Shown: positions 59,964 to 64,000 of the stretch, piece after piece
Layout of the letters: the number at the start of each line of letters is the position of its first letter
How positions within the stretch are numbered: the stretch's first letter is position 1
Source of the DNA: Eledone cirrhosa
Taxonomy: Eukaryota
NCBI GenBank assembly: GCA_964016885.1
Contig: OZ024744.1
Location: forward strand, 38,006,001 to 38,070,000
DNA: 64,000 nucleotides
Direction: 5' to 3'
Translations under genes and position numbers: made by a program
The notes under the pieces: generated by a model
Database searches by the model: none
Seen by the model: only the letters and a program-made list of their open reading frames with translations
Told to the model about the DNA's origin: nothing

Positions 59964-61477
59964 TTAATTAGGTTTATAATATTTGAAGGTTCTTCTAATT
60001 CTATGATTGCAAGATATAATTAATTCCTGTCGCTTATTTAATAGGATATCCTTAGATTTCATGATTTCAATAAGTTCTTGGGAACACAATCTACATTCAT
60101 ATCTATTATTTTGATAAGGGGTGGCCCTTTTGAGCAAACTCCAGGTCAGGTCATAATCTATATTCCTCTTTCTATAATTATTAATTATTTCAGCTAAAGA
60201 TGTTGTATTAGCTAATGCGGCATTTTTAAAACTGTGTTTGTGGGTATTAAATCTTACTTTAAATTGGTTAGACGTAGCTCCTATATATGAATAAGTGGAG
60301 TCCTTAGTGCTAATTTTACATTTATAGACTATGTTATTAATAAGACAATTTCCCTTTAATGGGCAATTTCTTTTGATTCTACAGTTACAACCATTCGTGA
60401 ATATTATATCAGAGGAGTTATTCAAATTTGGTGTGGAATTTACTCGACGTGTTATAGGTGAAGGAGATGGTGGTTTGTTGCGGTTTATTTTAGTATTATG
60501 GTTGGTTTGATGTGTTGGTGGTATATTTGTGGGTTTTTTTACATTTATATGCGTTGTACCCACTTATATTTTGTTGTATAATTTTGGTAGTGGAGTAGGA
60601 AAATTTGACAGTTGATCTATTTAAAATTTGATGGTATTTATGGTTTGGCGGGAAGTTTTTCTCTAGGATAGTAAAACATTTTTTAGGGATATTATCTTTA
60701 ATTTGTAGATTAAATGGAGCATTATACCAAGTAACCCGTCTATTACGGTTTCGATATTGTTTTTTATATAATTATACGATGTATTAGGATGTTTACTAAG
60801 AGAGTTACTATTAGTGAATTTATTATATATAGGTTTAGTTAGTTTAACTGATTTAGGTGTTTTATTCTGATTACCAGGAATTTTGTTAGTAATGTTGTTA
60901 ACATATATTGGAGTATTAGGATGAATGGTTTTTTGAAAGTCATATTTTATGTGAGAAGAGGTAGAGAAATTAAGTTTTAGGTTGGTATTTTGGGATGTAG
61001 TGTGAATGGCATTTAGGTGTGTGTTTTTCATTTGGTGTTTGTTGGTAATATTGGGTTGTATGTTTGAAGTATTATTGGTGCAAGGTATATAGACTAATTT
61101 GTTTTTGTGGCCGCTTCTAGTTTTTATCGAATACATCCTGGTTAGATGAAAGGTTACAGATTCTGAGTGAGATATTATATGCTAAGTTTTGGTTAGGTTT
61201 ATGGTAAGGTTGGTAGATACCCGTAGTAGGTCTAAAGTTATATCTAGGAAATTGACTATTTTATTGGTGTTTTCAAATGTAATAGTGAGATTGTAATAGT
61301 CTTTGAGGAAAGTTCTAATAAGTTTTTTATTTTTTCAATTTTTGATAGGCTAAGATTAGTGGAAAGAAGAAGACAGTTATCACGATATAAACCACCTTTA
61401 ATGTGGGGAAAAGATGAATTAATGTTAAATAGAAGAAAGAGGCCCACAAGATCGGTAATTTGGGCGGAATCACTAGA
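59964..61477 (-). pseudogene. PLE RT C-half plus GIY-YIG endonuclease, frameshifted
   Basis: SSDSAQITDLVGL, GGLYRDN, NFLDI, WYNAPF, CNC..CPL..C, IVY..YIG, CRLC, SCNHR. Confidence 0.88.
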
Positions 61478-61665
61478 AACTATCGTAAAATTATGAATTT
61501 TTTAATATAAGGAACTTGTTCTTTGTTTTTATTTCATTGTTTTTATTAATTTATCTTGACTCTGTTTTCCTATGATTTTCATCAACAATTTTTGAATGTA
61601 TCTTCTGGATTACATTGAGTTCTTCATACGGACTGGACACTACGGTATATTTTGGTAGATTTATC

Positions 61666-61718
<53 letters not shown>

Positions 61719-62002
61719 GTTGATGATTTAGTGATCAAGAATAAAACTAATGATGTAATAAAAGACAAATATTAAATGAGGCCCTGGTCGGATACATAGC
61801 CTGAAGCTATAGCTTATTGGCTTATAGTTAAGTCCAGCAATGTTCATTTTCCTAACAACCGTCAAGAACGTAAGAAAGCAAAACGCATGGCCATATCTCC
61901 AACAAATAGAAGTATAACGGTACTTATCTACTAAGGAATCTACATTTACGCATGAATAAAAAGGAAACCGTTTTTTTTTTTCTTTTTCTGTGTACAAATA
62001 GA

Positions 62003-62746
62003 ATAATTGTTTCGATTTTTAGCACAAGGGCAACAATTTCCCCAGTACATTACATGTGTTTTATTTTATCGACCATGTAAGGATGAAAGACAAAGTTAAA
62101 CTTGGTGGGTTTCGAACTCAGAACGTTAAGGGCCATAACTCTATGCTGCAAAGCATGGTGTCTGACGCTCTGCCGATACTGCCAATCCAATACTTGTTCA
62201 TGTTTGTTTAAATTTTCACAGAGAGAATTAAGAGGTATTATACCAACATAAAGTTTATCGAAATTATATTAATATACACTGCTGTACACAAACACACACA
62301 CACACATATATACACGTACATACACGTGTGTGAGTGTAAACATATATGTACACAGTGTACCTTAATATATATGTATATGTGTGTGTGTCTTTATATATAT
62401 ACTTATGTGTGAAAGTAAAGCAGTGTTCAATAATAATAATAAAAATAATTGTTTTTACTTTTGGCACAAGGCCAGCAATTACTCAGTATATTACTGGTAC
62501 TTTATTTTATCGACCCCGTAAGGATGAAAGGCAAAGTGAACCTCGGCAGGATTTGAACTCAGACCGCAGAGGGACGTAACTATGCTGGAAAGCATGGCGT
62601 CCGACCCTCTACCGATACTGACAATCTACCTCCCTGTAAAATAATTGTTTCTACTTTTGGCAAAAGGCCAGCAATTATCCAGTTCATTACTGGTAGTTTA
62701 TTTTATCGACCCGGTAAAGATGAAAGGCAAAGTTAACCTTGACGGG
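62003..62746 (-). mobile_element. Three SINE copies (~62003-62190, 62445-62632, 62640-62746)
   Basis: SINE core and tail on the - strand. Confidence 0.82.
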
Positions 62747-62812
<66 letters not shown>

Positions 62813-63004
62813 ATAGCCGAAGTTGCAGCTGCAGTATAACAGATGTCATTCGAAGTATAAGAGGCAGTCGCGAAGTACTCAATGAGTGAGGAATTGATAT
62901 ATTTCTATCCAGAGTGAACACAAAATGTTAAAGAATTGTGTCACCAAGAATAAGACGACCAGAAGCATATTGCTACAATAATACAACATCGATATATACA
63001 AACA

Positions 63005-63069
<65 letters not shown>

Positions 63070-63437
63070 AGCTCGCGTGCACAAGCACTCACATATGTGT
63101 AGTGGTATATATGTACGCATGATCGTGTATGTGGATACATGTATACATTTAGGTGTGTCTATATGTCTATATATATATATATAACGAAGGAGGTGTGGTA
63201 AAGAACCAGATGGACCATAACGCACCAGAGTACTCAATACTTAGGGTAGTTGAATGTGTAATAGGAAAATGTTTAACCCCGACGGCTATTTCCGGACTAC
63301 TAGTCCGGAAAAAGCCGTCGAAACGGCTAGAGCTCTGCCGCCGAGGTTAAACATTTTCCTATATATATATATAGATGTGTGTGTGTGTGTGTGTGTATTT
63401 CTTTCTCTCTCCCACTCCCTCTCTCTCTTTCTCTCTC

Positions 63438-63520
<83 letters not shown>

Positions 63521-63864
63521 AATACAGAGAGAGAGAAAGAGAAAGGAATAGAAATCTGGATGGATAGATAGAATGCAAAAGAGCAAGTTGTTCAGACTAA
63601 AAAAAAAAAATATTAAACATTTTTTTTTAAATTTTGATATTAAACGAAATGGTGGAGAAAATGAGAAAAAAGTTGATAATAATAACGAGGGCCGACGTCT
63701 GAATAAGAAACAAGAGAACGTCTGCGGCTTGTTTGATTGAGTCAATTTATCATCGGGATAGATGTGTTATGTATTCACATGCAATCTTCGTAGTTCATAT
63801 GCTGCTGTGCTGTTTTTGTCAATGTTCCTGTTGCTGTTGTTGCTGCTGTAGTTGTTGTCGTCGT

Positions 63865-63925
<61 letters not shown>

Positions 63926-64000
63926 TTTCGTTTAAGGTAGTTTTTGTTTTTGTGCTGTTATTGAAAGACGAACGATCCTGACTCACTTACTGAATCAATG

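Larger units (their letters stand above)
59059..61668 (-). mobile_element. Penelope-like element 3 (Naiad-type), 5' truncated within RT, with an inverted pLTR piece
   Basis: 61473-61549 is the reverse complement of 59061-59137. A ~189-bp tandem duplication lies in the 3' UTR (59490/59679). (TA)n flanks. Confidence 0.88.

Overview
This is AT-rich, repeat-saturated eukaryotic DNA. It is probably cephalopod (Octopus-like), inferred from the tRNA-derived SINE family and the (TA)n/(CA)n density. No host gene is supported, and almost all ORF-track entries are microsatellite artefacts. The window holds three decayed Penelope-like retroelements of Naiad type (RT plus C-terminal GIY-YIG endonuclease) at 3525-9039, 10158-14097 and 59059-61668. 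It also holds two RTE-type LINE relics, a Helitron helicase relic, MITEs and more than 20 SINEs. The main signal is about 30 type I hammerhead ribozyme motifs from about 12 sequence families, read by eye. They include non-coding retrozyme-like tandem units (310, 468 and 920 bp) and recurrent core variants (U4A, U3-A8, U10.1-U11.1, very long stem II). Nearly all of these insertions, coding or not, share one architecture: two RNA-sense copies joined head-to-head, often by microhomology, with both 3' ends pointing outward into (TA)n. This suggests a Naiad-driven, microsatellite-targeted, double-primed retrotransposition system with non-coding ribozyme parasites. Coordinates were read manually and ends may be off by a few bases.
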